Source: a bacterium (lineage in GTDB: Bacteria > UBA8248 > JACPRG01 > G963555815). Taken from it: DNA of 64,000 nucleotides. Position 1 is the first letter of the stretch. Every line of letters starts with the position of its first letter. Below, piece by piece: positions 47,982-58,488 of the stretch. The DNA is taken from contig CAUVWX020000002.1 of the NCBI GenBank assembly GCA_963555815.3, forward strand, positions 64,001 to 128,000, in the 5' to 3' direction. Made by a program: the position numbers and the translations under genes. The notes under the pieces are model-generated. The model saw only the letters and a list, made by a program, of their open reading frames with translations. It was not told the origin of the DNA and searched no databases.

Positions 47982-49223
47982 TTGGAGGGGGTTCCCTTTT
48001 TGACAGACTACCCGAAGCTTCGTCCCGTTGAGGCCTTTCCCGCTGACCAAAATGGCCAGCAGGTCCTCTGCCTTCGAGACCCCCTGAACTACGCCGAGAG
48101 CATCCTGTTTGTCCCGATGGACCTGATCCCCATCCTGGGTCTCCTGGACGGCTCCCGGGACCTGAAAGACATTCAGGCCGATCTTGGGAGGGAGACGGGC
48201 GAGGGGGTTCCCTCGGGCCAAATTCAAGAGATCATCAACCTTCTGGAAGAGCACTTTTTCCTCGAGGGAGATCGTATTCAGGCGCGCCGGGCGGAGCTTG
48301 AGGGAAGCTTTCTCGCCTCCCGCCTTCGGGCCCCCTTCCTGGCGGGGCGGGGATATGCCAGCGATCCGGCGCAGCTCTCGACTGCCATCGACGGCTTTTT
48401 CTCCCACCCTGACGGTCCGGAGCCTCTTGAAAGTCCTGGGGTGGGCCCTCCTGTCAAAGGGGTCCTGGCCCCTCACATCGATTTTATGAGGGGGGGGCCT
48501 GTTTTTGCTCATGCCTACAAAGCCTTGGCCCAGGGTGGGGATCCGGAGGTCTGCGTCGTCCTTGGGACCGCCCATGCAGGGGCCGATGGCCTCTACGCCT
48601 TGACGCGGAAGGATTTCGACACCCCGCTTGGCCCCCTTCGGACAGACCAGGACTTCATCGATGACCTGATAGCGGAGGCGGGCGAAGATTATTTCGCTGA
48701 TGAGCTCTCCCACCGGGCCGAGCACTCGGTGGAGCTTCAGGCGGTTTTCCTAAAGCATGTCTTTGGAAGAAGGGGCCCTGTTCGCTTGGTTCCCATCCTC
48801 TGCGGGTCCTTTCATGAATTTATCCTTTCTGGGGTCTCCCCTCAGAAGGATGAGCGGGTCGCTAAATTCCTTCGGGGGCTGCGAAGAGCGTCCGAGTCCC
48901 GGCCTGGACGGGTCTCTTTTATCGCCAGTGCCGATCTGGCCCACGTGGGGCCCCGCTTCGGGGATCGCTCCCCGCTCTCCCAGGATGGACTGGACTCTGT
49001 CGGTGCGGCCGACCGGGCCATGCTCGCCCACGTGGAGGCCTTGGACGCCGAGGGGTTTTTTGGGTCTGTGCAGGCGGAGGGGGACCAGCGGCGGGTGTGC
49101 GGGCTTTCCCCTCTCTACACCCTCCTTCATGTCGTGGGAGCAAGGGAAGGAAGACTTCTAAAATATGCCCAGTGGCCGGACCCCCAGGGGACCGTGACCT
49201 TTGCCAGCATGGTCTTCTCTTAA
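47982..49223 (+). CDS. AmmeMemoRadiSam system protein B (MEMO1) with N-terminal extension
   Basis: APHIDF, GTAH, TPLG, EHSVE, ASADLAHVG..FGD and CG motifs. Confidence 0.88.
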   Translation: MEGVPFLTDYPKLRPVEAFPADQNGQQVLCLRDPLNYAESILFVPMDLIPILGLLDGSRDLKDIQADLGRETGEGVPSGQIQEIINLLEEHFFLEGDRIQARRAELEGSFLASRLRAPFLAGRGYASDPAQLSTAIDGFFSHPDGPEPLESPGVGPPVKGVLAPHIDFMRGGPVFAHAYKALAQGGDPEVCVVLGTAHAGADGLYALTRKDFDTPLGPLRTDQDFIDDLIAEAGEDYFADELSHRAEHSVELQAVFLKHVFGRRGPVRLVPILCGSFHEFILSGVSPQKDERVAKFLRGLRRASESRPGRVSFIASADLAHVGPRFGDRSPLSQDGLDSVGAADRAMLAHVEALDAEGFFGSVQAEGDQRRVCGLSPLYTLLHVVGAREGRLLKYAQWPDPQGTVTFASMVFS

Positions 49224-49357
49224 GGATTATGTGACGTGACACCTGGGTTATAAATAATTGAAATAGAAATCATAAGGAGACAACCTTTAGAGGGAAATGA
49301 AAGCGGCTTGGGTTTTTTGTGCTTTTTGTGGGAGTACAGGCAAAGGAGACTTTTTGG

Positions 49358-52300
49358 GTGAGCCCTGAGCCCCGCGCGCTGATCCACGCCCTATTGCGAT
49401 CCGCCGGACGACGTGTCCGGGCCCTCTTGGCGGCGCAGTCTGCCCTGTGGGCTCTCACCTTGGGCTGTCTCCTTCTCCTCCTTGGAATCGGAGCCGAGGC
49501 CCTGAAGAACCTCTGGCCCTTCTCGCCGCCCGTCTTTACAGGGTTTGCCCTGGTGGTCATGGGCTGGGCCGTCTTTCGCACACTCTATTTGGCTCTCAGG
49601 TCGATTCCGGCGGACCACGTGGCCTTCCTCATTGAGCAGGTGCACCCGGAGCTCAAAAACGCTCTCATCAGCTCAGTCCAGTTGACGGCAAAGGAGTCCC
49701 CATCCTCTGCGTCTTCGCCGGACCTATTGCGGGCCCTCCTTGAGAACACCTCTGAACAGGTCGGGGGTATCCGTCCCCAGGTGGCGGCCGACCGAAGCCG
49801 CCTGAGGCGACCCCTTCTCGCTGCGGTCTCGGCCGGTGCCGTGACCCTCGCTGTGGGTCTTCTCACGCCGGGTGTCCTGAAAGGGTCCGTTGACCTTCTT
49901 CGCCATCCGGTGGCCAGCATACCTTCTCAGGCCATTGTCCTCGAGGTCTCCCCGAAGGGCGAAAAGGTCCTCCTGGGCGGGAGGGTGAAGATACACGTGG
50001 AGGTTCAAGGGCGCCTCCCCAAAGACGTTTCGCTCGAGCTTCTTCCCGAGACAGGTGCCCCTGAGAGGGTGAAGATGAGCTCTGCGCAAAGGGCTAAATT
50101 CTCTTACGAGACAGGTCCTGTCCGGTCATCCTTCACGTACCGGGCCTTCGCCGAGGGGCACTCCTCTCCCACTTACCAGATAGACGCCATTCCACCCCCG
50201 GTCATTGAAGTTTTGAGTCTGCACTATCTCTACCCCCGGTACACCGGTCTCGCTCCCGATGTCCAGGAGGGAAGGGGCGACGTTCGGGGCCTGAAGGGGA
50301 CAGAGATTACGTTGGAGCTCCAGGCCAACAAGCCGGTGAGGGCCGGTCGGATTGTCTTCGGCTCGGGAAATGAGTTTCCCTTGGAGGTATTAGAGGGGCG
50401 GAACCTCAGGGGGCAGTTCCTCCTCCTCGAAAATGACGACTATCGAATCCTCTTGGAGGATCAGTGGGGCTTTGAGAATCTGGAGCCGGTTCGCTACCCC
50501 ATCGAGATCATCCCGGACGAGTTCCCGGCCATAGAGCTTATTTTCCCGACCGACGAAGTCTTTCAGGTGGACTCGAGGGAGGTCATTCCGATGGGCTACG
50601 TTGCCCGCGACGACTTCGGCATCGGGGACATCCGCGTCGTGGCAGAGGGGTCTGGTGTGGGCCGTCGCGAGGACGGGATCAGCCGGGCGGAGGGGGCCAG
50701 ACGCCTGGAGAGCGGACAGCATGAGTGGGATCTAGGGGGTCTCCCGATCCAGCCGGGGTCTGTTCTCAGGGTGCACCTGGAGGCCAAAGACAACGATCAG
50801 ATTTCTGGTCCCAAGGTGGCGGTTTCCCGATCCTTTGAGGTTCGGGTCAGCAGCCCCCACGAGGATCACCAGAACGTCAGAGAACTCCAGCGGGAAATTG
50901 CCGAGCGCCTCATCGGTCTCCTGGGGGACCAGCTGGAACTGGAAGAGGATGTGGAGGACCGCCTGGAGAAGGAGGCGGCGGGACAAACACCCGTCCTCCC
51001 TCCAGAGGAGGCGGACCAGTTCTCGGAGCGAGCGGAGCATATCGAGCAGGGGGTCAAGGAGCTCCTCGCCCAGATCGGCCGGACCCTCCAGCAGGTGGCC
51101 CGGGATCCCCTCAGCGGTTTTAACGCCTTTACGGACCTCAACACCCTGAGGTCAAACCTCTCCTACCTCAGACGCGAGATGATACCGAGGGCGAGGCGTA
51201 CTCTGGAGAAGAGGGTTCCAGGTCTGGAAGCGGCCTCGCCCAAAGGCGAAGACCAAAGGTCGTTGCTACAAAAGTTCCAGCAGGCCCAAAAGGAAGTCAC
51301 GGCTGAGTTGGAACGGATGGCCCTCCTGGCCGACGACATCGGAAAGCGGTCGGGGATTCAAGACCTGGCCAATATCGGCGAAAGACTCGCCCAGGCCCAG
51401 AACCAGTTGCTGGACGCCTTTGATCAGGCTCTCAGGGAAGGAAGCCTCCAGGCCCGCGAGGCCCTCTCCGAGGCCCTTAAGAAAGTCGAGGAACTCCTTC
51501 AGGAACTGGCCAGGGGTTTTCAAAACCTTCCTATCCAGCTTCCTGATGAATTCCTCAACAGCCCCCTCGGGGAATTGGCGGATCTCGGCGACCTCTCACA
51601 GAGGCTTCAGGAGATCCAGCGGCATCTCGAGGCGGGGGCCCTTGAGGAGGCCCGGCGCCTGGCCGAGGAGCTGATCCAGTCCCTGTCTCAGATGATTGCC
51701 GCTCTGCAGGGCGCCATCGGAGAAGCGCTGGCAGGGTTCTCTCAACAGTTCGGGGAGTCGGCGGGCCGCGAGGCTGGCGTCCTGGAGGAGCTTCTGAGGC
51801 GACAGCGCGCCATCCTGGAGGAAACTCAGGACGTGGAAGGCCCTCTTCGCGAGCGGTTGTACGGAGTTCAGGAGGAGGGCTACGAGGCGGCAATGGGGCA
51901 GGGCGAAGAGGCACTGGACCGTCTGGATCAACTCTCGCGTGAGGTCCCAGAAGGGGTCCTTCCTCTGCGGAGCCCCCTTCGAGGTGTGGTGGGAGAGCGG
52001 GCAAATACGCTTGAAGAGTCCCTGGAGCAGCAGAAAGTGCCGGAGGCGGTGAAGGGGGCCCGGGCCCTGGCGGAGTTGTCACAGGAGATTGCCAGAAGGC
52101 TAGAAAGTGTGACCCTCGACGGTCAGCCTCTTGCACTCCGGGATGAGGCTGTGGCGCTGGCGGAGGAATTTCGTTCCCTGGCGAGGGACCTCGAAGGGCT
52201 TCCCAAAGACCCTCGGCTCTTCCTCACGCCCGAGGAGGGGACGCAACTCACTGAGCTTGAAGAAGAGCAGCGGGCCGTCCAAGAAGAGACCGACACCGTG

Positions 52301-52777
52301 CACCGTCACCTGGAAGAGCTCTCCCGCGTTCTCCCTTTCATCGGCCCAGAAGTTCTTCAGAACCTGAAATTAGCGAAGGAGGCCATGGGGAAGGCCGCAG
52401 GCCATCTGTTGGAGCAGGAGACCCGTGAGGCCATTCCCCCGGAACAAGAGGCCGTCTATCGGTTGTCTCGGGCTCGGAGCAATACGCAAAGGGCCATGGG
52501 GCAGCTCGCCCGTCGGGGCCGCTTCGGAGCGAGCCCGGCGCCCGGCCTCGTTCAGCCCGGGGGCTCGCCTTCTCTGGGCTTTCGCTATCGGCCCCCGACT
52601 GGCCCGGAGGAGGGAGGTCGGACAGGGGTGAGTGCCCGCGATTTTCAACTCCCCGCCAAGGACGCCTACAAGGTGCCGAAGCTCCACCGGGAAGAGGTCG
52701 TTGAAGCCCTGAAAGGGAAGTACCCGCCCGCTTACAAGGAGCAGATCGAGCGGTACTTCAAGAACCTCGTAGAATGA
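49358..52777 (+). CDS. DUF4175-family membrane protein (TM, Ig-like domains, long coiled coil)
   Basis: N-terminal TMs, YP.YT, ARDDFGI, AKDND..SGPK, Q/E-rich coils and C-terminal P..YKEQIERYF; AAGGAG RBS before GTG 49358. Confidence 0.8.
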   Translation: MSPEPRALIHALLRSAGRRVRALLAAQSALWALTLGCLLLLLGIGAEALKNLWPFSPPVFTGFALVVMGWAVFRTLYLALRSIPADHVAFLIEQVHPELKNALISSVQLTAKESPSSASSPDLLRALLENTSEQVGGIRPQVAADRSRLRRPLLAAVSAGAVTLAVGLLTPGVLKGSVDLLRHPVASIPSQAIVLEVSPKGEKVLLGGRVKIHVEVQGRLPKDVSLELLPETGAPERVKMSSAQRAKFSYETGPVRSSFTYRAFAEGHSSPTYQIDAIPPPVIEVLSLHYLYPRYTGLAPDVQEGRGDVRGLKGTEITLELQANKPVRAGRIVFGSGNEFPLEVLEGRNLRGQFLLLENDDYRILLEDQWGFENLEPVRYPIEIIPDEFPAIELIFPTDEVFQVDSREVIPMGYVARDDFGIGDIRVVAEGSGVGRREDGISRAEGARRLESGQHEWDLGGLPIQPGSVLRVHLEAKDNDQISGPKVAVSRSFEVRVSSPHEDHQNVRELQREIAERLIGLLGDQLELEEDVEDRLEKEAAGQTPVLPPEEADQFSERAEHIEQGVKELLAQIGRTLQQVARDPLSGFNAFTDLNTLRSNLSYLRREMIPRARRTLEKRVPGLEAASPKGEDQRSLLQKFQQAQKEVTAELERMALLADDIGKRSGIQDLANIGERLAQAQNQLLDAFDQALREGSLQAREALSEALKKVEELLQELARGFQNLPIQLPDEFLNSPLGELADLGDLSQRLQEIQRHLEAGALEEARRLAEELIQSLSQMIAALQGAIGEALAGFSQQFGESAGREAGVLEELLRRQRAILEETQDVEGPLRERLYGVQEEGYEAAMGQGEEALDRLDQLSREVPEGVLPLRSPLRGVVGERANTLEESLEQQKVPEAVKGARALAELSQEIARRLESVTLDGQPLALRDEAVALAEEFRSLARDLEGLPKDPRLFLTPEEGTQLTELEEEQRAVQEETDTVHRHLEELSRVLPFIGPEVLQNLKLAKEAMGKAAGHLLEQETREAIPPEQEAVYRLSRARSNTQRAMGQLARRGRFGASPAPGLVQPGGSPSLGFRYRPPTGPEEGGRTGVSARDFQLPAKDAYKVPKLHREEVVEALKGKYPPAYKEQIERYFKNLVE

Positions 52778-54393
52778 TGAAACCTCTGAGGTGTCAGACG
52801 GCAATTCTCCTCTTTCTAGCCCTCGTTTTGGGGGTGTGGGGAGGACAGGGCGACCCGGTCTTCGCGGCTAAATCTCTTGAAGCGACACAGGCGCAGGCCG
52901 AAGAGCTTCTTCAGACGTGGCGGGCCAAAGAGGCCCTGGAGCAGGTTGAGATTCTCATCTCGGAGAGGCCACAGGAGGAAGATCTCCTCGTCCTGAAATC
53001 TCAGGCCCTCTTTCATCTGGGCCGATATGAAGAGGCCCTGGAAACGGCTCAGGCGGCTCAAGGGATCTCAACGGACCCTCAGGAATTTTCGTCCTTGGTC
53101 GGTTTCATCGATCAGACCCTTCGGGCCCGGGAGGGGTTTAAGACCTACGAGAGCCCTCACTTTCGTCTCAGCCTGGACCCCGGCCAGGATGGCCTCCTCG
53201 TCGAGATGGCCCTGGAGGCCGCCGAGAAGAGCTATGAGGCCTTGGGGGAGGCCTTGGGTTGGCGTCCTGAGGAGCCCATCCGGATTGAGATCTACCCGAC
53301 GGCCCAGCGATTTCAATGGGCCTCGGGCCTCTCCCGGCGGGACATCGAGGTGACGGGGGCTGTCGGGATCACTGCGTTCAACAAGCTCGCCCTCTTCTCC
53401 CCCCGTGCCCTGGCGAGAGGCTACCGGTGGCTCGATTCCCTCAGCCACGAGTACGTCCATTACGCCCTCATCTTTTTGACCCGCAATAACGCGCCCATTT
53501 GGTTTCACGAGGGGATGGCAAAATTCTTCGAGACCCGCTGGCGCTCTGCCGATCTCACCTACCTCAGCCCGAGTTATCGCACCCTCCTGGCCACCGCCCT
53601 GCAGCACAACGAGTTTGTAAGTTTTGAGGCCATGGAACCTTCTTTAGTGGAACTCCCCAATCCCCGTCAGGTCCACTTGGCATACGCCGAGGGGGCCTCA
53701 GCCGTCGACTTTATCTTGAGGGAGAAGGGCAGGGAAGGGCTCTTGGGCATTCTGAGGTCTCTCTCGGAGGACCCGGAACGCAAGATGGCAGAGGTCATCA
53801 CAGAGAGCCTCCAACAGTCCATGGATGAGTTCGAGGCGAGCTGGAAGGAGGATCTGGGGGGCCAAGGTTTTCGGCCCCTGGAAGGGGTGTGGATTCCTCA
53901 GTACAGAGTGAGGGGTGAGGGTGACCCCTTCGATGAGGCTGAGGAATTCCGGGCCCTCCAGTCGGCGGTCGCCCGAAATCACCTCAGGCTCGGGGACCTC
54001 CTGTTGGAGCGCGGAAGGGTCCGGCCGGCCCTGATGGAGTACGGGCGGGCTCTTGAGCGAAGCCCCGGGTCTCCCTATCTCAGGCGGAAGCTGGCGCAGA
54101 CCTTGCTGTCTCAGGGAAAGGCCGAGCAGGCTGAGACCCATCTGGAGGAGGCCCGGCAGGTGGCCCCCGACTATGTGGCCACCTATACGCTCCTGGGCCA
54201 CCTTCATCTTCGGGCGCAACGGTTTCAGGAGGCGCGGGCGGCCTACGAGGAGTCCTTGCAGATCAACCCCTTTGACCCCAGCGTCCATGAGGGCCTGGCC
54301 CTGGTCTATCGCGAGCTGGGGGAGGAGAAGAAGGCGAGGGACGCCGAGGAGGCCCATCAGCGTCTCCTCCGCTCCCTGAGGCAGGGGTCATGA
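52774..54393 (+). CDS. Exported TPR-repeat protein with peptidase MA (gluzincin) domain
   Basis: Signal peptide; HEYVH..(P)IWFHEG..AY motif flanked by TPR repeats. Confidence 0.85.
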   Translation: MMKPLRCQTAILLFLALVLGVWGGQGDPVFAAKSLEATQAQAEELLQTWRAKEALEQVEILISERPQEEDLLVLKSQALFHLGRYEEALETAQAAQGISTDPQEFSSLVGFIDQTLRAREGFKTYESPHFRLSLDPGQDGLLVEMALEAAEKSYEALGEALGWRPEEPIRIEIYPTAQRFQWASGLSRRDIEVTGAVGITAFNKLALFSPRALARGYRWLDSLSHEYVHYALIFLTRNNAPIWFHEGMAKFFETRWRSADLTYLSPSYRTLLATALQHNEFVSFEAMEPSLVELPNPRQVHLAYAEGASAVDFILREKGREGLLGILRSLSEDPERKMAEVITESLQQSMDEFEASWKEDLGGQGFRPLEGVWIPQYRVRGEGDPFDEAEEFRALQSAVARNHLRLGDLLLERGRVRPALMEYGRALERSPGSPYLRRKLAQTLLSQGKAEQAETHLEEARQVAPDYVATYTLLGHLHLRAQRFQEARAAYEESLQINPFDPSVHEGLALVYRELGEEKKARDAEEAHQRLLRSLRQGS

Positions 54394-55412
54394 CGGATTT
54401 TCAGAAGAACGAGGGGGATCTGGCAGACATTGAGGCCATCAGACGAGGCCGAAAGGAAATCCTCCGGGAGATCCGAAAGGTCATCGTGGGCCAGGACACC
54501 GTCATCGATGAACTCCTCATTGCCCTCTTTGCCCGCGGGCACTGCCTTCTGGTGGGGGTCCCGGGTCTCGCCAAGACCCTCCTCATTAATACGTTAGCCC
54601 AAGCCCTGGACCTAAAATTCTCCCGAATTCAGTTCACGCCGGATCTGATGCCCTCCGACATCACGGGGACAGACATCCTCCAGGAGGATCCGGAGACGGG
54701 CCGTCGCCATTTTCATTTCCTCAAGGGGCCCCTCTTTGCCAACATCCTGCTGGCCGACGAGATCAACCGCACCCCACCCAAGACCCAGGCAGCGCTCCTT
54801 CAGGCTATGCAGGAGTATCGGGTCACGGCCAGCGGCAAGACTTATTCACTGGACCTTCCCTTCTTCGTCCTGGCGACCCAGAACCCCATCGAGCAGGAGG
54901 GGACCTACTCCCTGCCCGAGGCCCAGCTGGACCGCTTCATGTTCAACCTCCACATCGACTATCCCTCCCATGAGGAGGAGGTGGAGATCGTCAACCGAAC
55001 CACCTCAGCCGACCCCCCCAAGGTAGAGGCCGTGGGGGTTGCCCGCGAGATCTTGGCCCTTCAGTCTCTCGTCCGCAGGGTCCCGGCGGCCGATTACGTG
55101 GTCCGTTACGCCGTGAATCTCGCCCAAGGCACCCGGCCTGATCAGCCCGGCGCCCCAGACTTTGTGCAAAACTATGTGAGCTGGGGGGCGGGTCCCCGGG
55201 CCTCTCAGTATCTCGTCCTGGGGGCCAAGGCGAGGGCCATTCTGGACGGCCGATTTGCGGCGGCTGTGGAGGATGTTCGCGCCCTCGCCCCCTCGGTCCT
55301 GCGCCATCGCATCCTCACGAACTTCAACGCCGAGGCGGACAGGGTCAAGGCCGATGGAATTGTGGAGAAGCTCCTGGAGATCGTCGAACCCGAGGCGGCA
55401 CTTCGCCGCTAG
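54390..55412 (+). CDS. moxR: MoxR-family AAA+ ATPase
   Basis: GVPGLAKT, RIQFTPDLMPSD, LADEINR, ATQNP and AQLDRF motifs. Confidence 0.96.
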   Translation: MTDFQKNEGDLADIEAIRRGRKEILREIRKVIVGQDTVIDELLIALFARGHCLLVGVPGLAKTLLINTLAQALDLKFSRIQFTPDLMPSDITGTDILQEDPETGRRHFHFLKGPLFANILLADEINRTPPKTQAALLQAMQEYRVTASGKTYSLDLPFFVLATQNPIEQEGTYSLPEAQLDRFMFNLHIDYPSHEEEVEIVNRTTSADPPKVEAVGVAREILALQSLVRRVPAADYVVRYAVNLAQGTRPDQPGAPDFVQNYVSWGAGPRASQYLVLGAKARAILDGRFAAAVEDVRALAPSVLRHRILTNFNAEADRVKADGIVEKLLEIVEPEAALRR

Positions 55413-55457
55413 GGCCTTGCTTGGGTCCGATCGCTTGCCGGGAAGCCCGGGTCTTCC

Positions 55458-56327
55458 ATGAAATATCTCGACCCCAATCTGCTCAATCGCGTCGCGCGTC
55501 AGCAGTTTGAGTCACGCTTTGTCATGGCAGGCAACCTCTCCGGACTCCACCGCAGCCCCTATCGAGGGTTCAGCGTAGAGTTCACGGCCCACCGTGAATA
55601 CGCCCCGGGAGACGAGCTTCGACATCTGGACTGGAAGATCTATGGCAGATCGGATCGTTTCTTTGTCAAGGAGCACGAGGCCGAGACCAACCTCAAGGCT
55701 TTCGTCTTCCTCGATGTGAGCGGCTCTATGGCCTATGGGGATGGGCAGACCAAGTTTGACTACGGCTGCCATCTGGCCACGGCCCTTACCTTCCTTTTCC
55801 TCAAGCAGGGGGACCAGGTCGGTCTCGTCCTTTTTGACGAAGGGCTCCGCCGCCATCTCCCCCCGAGCGGTCGTCGGACCCAGCTCCTCTCGGTGGCCGA
55901 TGCGCTGGAAAGAGAGGCCCCCTCAGGAAAGAGTGGAGTTGTGCGAGCCCTTCAGGAGACCGCCGCGAATGTGAGCCACCAGGGTCTCGCCGTCGTCATC
56001 TCTGACCTCCTGGAGGAACCCCAGGCGGTCATGAAGGCCCTCAAGCTTTACCGCCACAAAAGATTCGAGGTGGTGGTCTTTCACCTTCTCCACGCCGACG
56101 AGGTGGATTTCCCCTTTGACGGGGTGATTCGGTTTGAGGATCTGGAGCTCCCCCGACGGGTCACTGCCGACCCCAAGGCCATCGGCGGGAATTACCGCAG
56201 GCTCGTCTCTGACTACGTTCAGGAATATCAGACCCTTTGCCGAAGAGAGGGCATCGACTATCAGCTCTTTCGCACCGATGTCCCCCTCGAGACGGCCCTC
56301 GTTCGCTACCTGGCCTCGAGGGGTTAG
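55458..56327 (+). CDS. DUF58 (vWA-type) protein
   Basis: G.HRS, EF..HREY.PGD..R.LDW, DVSGSM and VISD motifs. Confidence 0.93.
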   Translation: MKYLDPNLLNRVARQQFESRFVMAGNLSGLHRSPYRGFSVEFTAHREYAPGDELRHLDWKIYGRSDRFFVKEHEAETNLKAFVFLDVSGSMAYGDGQTKFDYGCHLATALTFLFLKQGDQVGLVLFDEGLRRHLPPSGRRTQLLSVADALEREAPSGKSGVVRALQETAANVSHQGLAVVISDLLEEPQAVMKALKLYRHKRFEVVVFHLLHADEVDFPFDGVIRFEDLELPRRVTADPKAIGGNYRRLVSDYVQEYQTLCRREGIDYQLFRTDVPLETALVRYLASRG

Positions 56328-56354
56328 AACCGGGTGACCTAAGGCTAGAAAGAG

Positions 56355-58478
56355 ATGCCTCTTCAATTTCTCAACCCTATCTTCCTGTGGGGAGCCGCAG
56401 CGGCGGCTGTCCCCATCCTGATCCACCTCATCCGCCGCAGGAAGACCCGGACGATCCGGTTCGCCATGCTGGATTTCATCCTCCAGTCCCAGAAGAAAAT
56501 GGCCCGCAGGTTTCAGCTCAAGGAGTGGCTTCTGCTGGCCATTCGGACCGGCCTGATCCTGGGGCTCGTCGGCCTTGGGGCGCACCCGGTGTTCTCCCTG
56601 TCCCCCGATCCCGGTTTCCCCGGTCCCCCGGGGAGAGGGCCGACTCACCTCGTCGTTATCTTGGACAATTCTATGAGCATGAGCTTCGTCGAAGGCGAAA
56701 TAACGCGTCTTCAGACTGCTCGGGAGTGGGCGAAGGAACGCCTAGGATCTCTTCGCAGAACCCAGATCGCTGTCCTCTCCACAGGGCCTAGTGGGCAGGG
56801 GTTGCCCCAATTCCAGGATGCCCCCTCGGCCATCGCCACCCTCGATGCGGTTTCGCCCTCTCACGGGGAGGCCGATATCCTGGGTGCTTTCAGAAGGGCC
56901 TATGGCCTCTTTCGGTCTATCTCTGGAGCCGACAAGGAGATCCTCCTTCTCACAGACGGGGCGAACACGGGTTGGGACACCTTTTCTATCGGGAATCTGA
57001 AGACGGTGGACCCTGATGTGAAAATCCGCCTCGTCCGCTTCGGGAAGAAGGAGGGGGACCCGAACGCGGCTATCCTCTCTTTGCGCTTGAAGGAGGAGAG
57101 GGTGGCCAGAGGGGTCGCGGCGACTCTCCTGGTGCGGGTAAAGAACTTCGGTCTTCAAGCGTTGAGGGACTTCGTCTTGGAACTCCACGTGGGGGGACGA
57201 AAGGTGGATGAGCGGGCCCTTCGGCTGGGTCCGGGCGCCGAGGAGGACGTGACCTTTGAATCTGTCTTTGGAGAAACCGGAGAGATCCCGGGCACTGTCC
57301 GGCTTCGCTCAGACTCCCTTGCCGAGGACAACACCCATCACTTCGCCCTCTTTGTCCGGGAGCCCCCCCGTGTCCTGGCGGTGGACGGAGATCCAAAAAC
57401 CTCTCTTCTGGGGAGTGAGACTTTTTATCTTTTGAACGCCCTCGACCCGGCTGGCGTGACAGAGGCCCCCAGGTTTCGAGTCCGCTGGGTGACGCCGGAG
57501 GGTCTGGATGGTGAGGATCTCGGTGATCATGACGCCGTCATCCTGGCCAACGTCAGCGAGGTCCCGGCGTCGGTCCGGGCGGCGCTCAGCGAATTTGTCT
57601 GGGGCGGAGGGGGCCTCCTGTTTTTCCTGGGAGACCGAGTCTCTCCGGAGGGATATAATAGAGATTTCGGTGAGTCGGATCTTCTTCCCGCTCGATTCCT
57701 GAGCGTTCAGACGAGAGGGGAAGATGCCCCGGAGAGCGTCGGGGAGATGACGGCCTCACATCCAGCCCTTAGGGCCTTTGAGGACCTGGGGCTCGAGGCC
57801 TTCTCGGGTGTTCGGGTTTGGCGCTACTTCGCCCTGGAGGAAAGGGGGGGGGCGCGGAGTCTCCTTCGCCTGGAGGGAGGGTCTCCCCTCCTGGTGGAGC
57901 GCTTGCTGGGAAAGGGCCGGGTCATGGTCTTCGCCTCGACGGCCGACCGGGACTGGAATAATTTTTCCATCCAGGCGCCCTACCTTCCCTTCATCCAGAA
58001 TCTCCTCCTTTATTTGGGTTGCCGGGGTTGCCCGGAGGGAGAGCTCCCCAGGGCCCTTGCCGAAGACCTGCCGGTGGGGGAGGAAAAGGAGATCGTGCTT
58101 GCCCCCCATCTGGTAGGCCAGGAGGTCACGGTGGAAGATCCCGAGGGCCGAAGGGAGGGGTTTCTGGCCTCTGGGGAGGGTCAGGCCAGGGTGGTCTACC
58201 GGGCGACCCACCGGCCGGGGATCTACCGGGCCCGCTGGGTGGGCGGGGCCACCACTTTTTCCGTCCATCCGCCCGCCCAAGAATCCGATCTGACCCCCAT
58301 CGAGCCCGAGGAGCTGAAGAAGAAATTTGGCCGCCTTCCCCTGGAAGGGCTCTGGCGTCACGAGTTGCCTGAGAATTACAATCCCTGGCAGAGGGCGCAG
58401 CGGGATCTCACGTCTGCCTTCCTTTGGGTCCTGTTTGGGCTGCTGGCGGTCGAAATTGTCGTGGCGAACCGGTTCTGA
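56355..58478 (+). CDS. BatA-domain / vWA membrane protein
   Basis: FLNP....PILIHL BatA N-terminus, LDNSMSM MIDAS, LTDG, Ig- and GATase-like modules, ESDL and a C-terminal TM. Confidence 0.88.
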   Translation: MPLQFLNPIFLWGAAAAAVPILIHLIRRRKTRTIRFAMLDFILQSQKKMARRFQLKEWLLLAIRTGLILGLVGLGAHPVFSLSPDPGFPGPPGRGPTHLVVILDNSMSMSFVEGEITRLQTAREWAKERLGSLRRTQIAVLSTGPSGQGLPQFQDAPSAIATLDAVSPSHGEADILGAFRRAYGLFRSISGADKEILLLTDGANTGWDTFSIGNLKTVDPDVKIRLVRFGKKEGDPNAAILSLRLKEERVARGVAATLLVRVKNFGLQALRDFVLELHVGGRKVDERALRLGPGAEEDVTFESVFGETGEIPGTVRLRSDSLAEDNTHHFALFVREPPRVLAVDGDPKTSLLGSETFYLLNALDPAGVTEAPRFRVRWVTPEGLDGEDLGDHDAVILANVSEVPASVRAALSEFVWGGGGLLFFLGDRVSPEGYNRDFGESDLLPARFLSVQTRGEDAPESVGEMTASHPALRAFEDLGLEAFSGVRVWRYFALEERGGARSLLRLEGGSPLLVERLLGKGRVMVFASTADRDWNNFSIQAPYLPFIQNLLLYLGCRGCPEGELPRALAEDLPVGEEKEIVLAPHLVGQEVTVEDPEGRREGFLASGEGQARVVYRATHRPGIYRARWVGGATTFSVHPPAQESDLTPIEPEELKKKFGRLPLEGLWRHELPENYNPWQRAQRDLTSAFLWVLFGLLAVEIVVANRF

Positions 58479-58488
58479 AGGAGATGGC

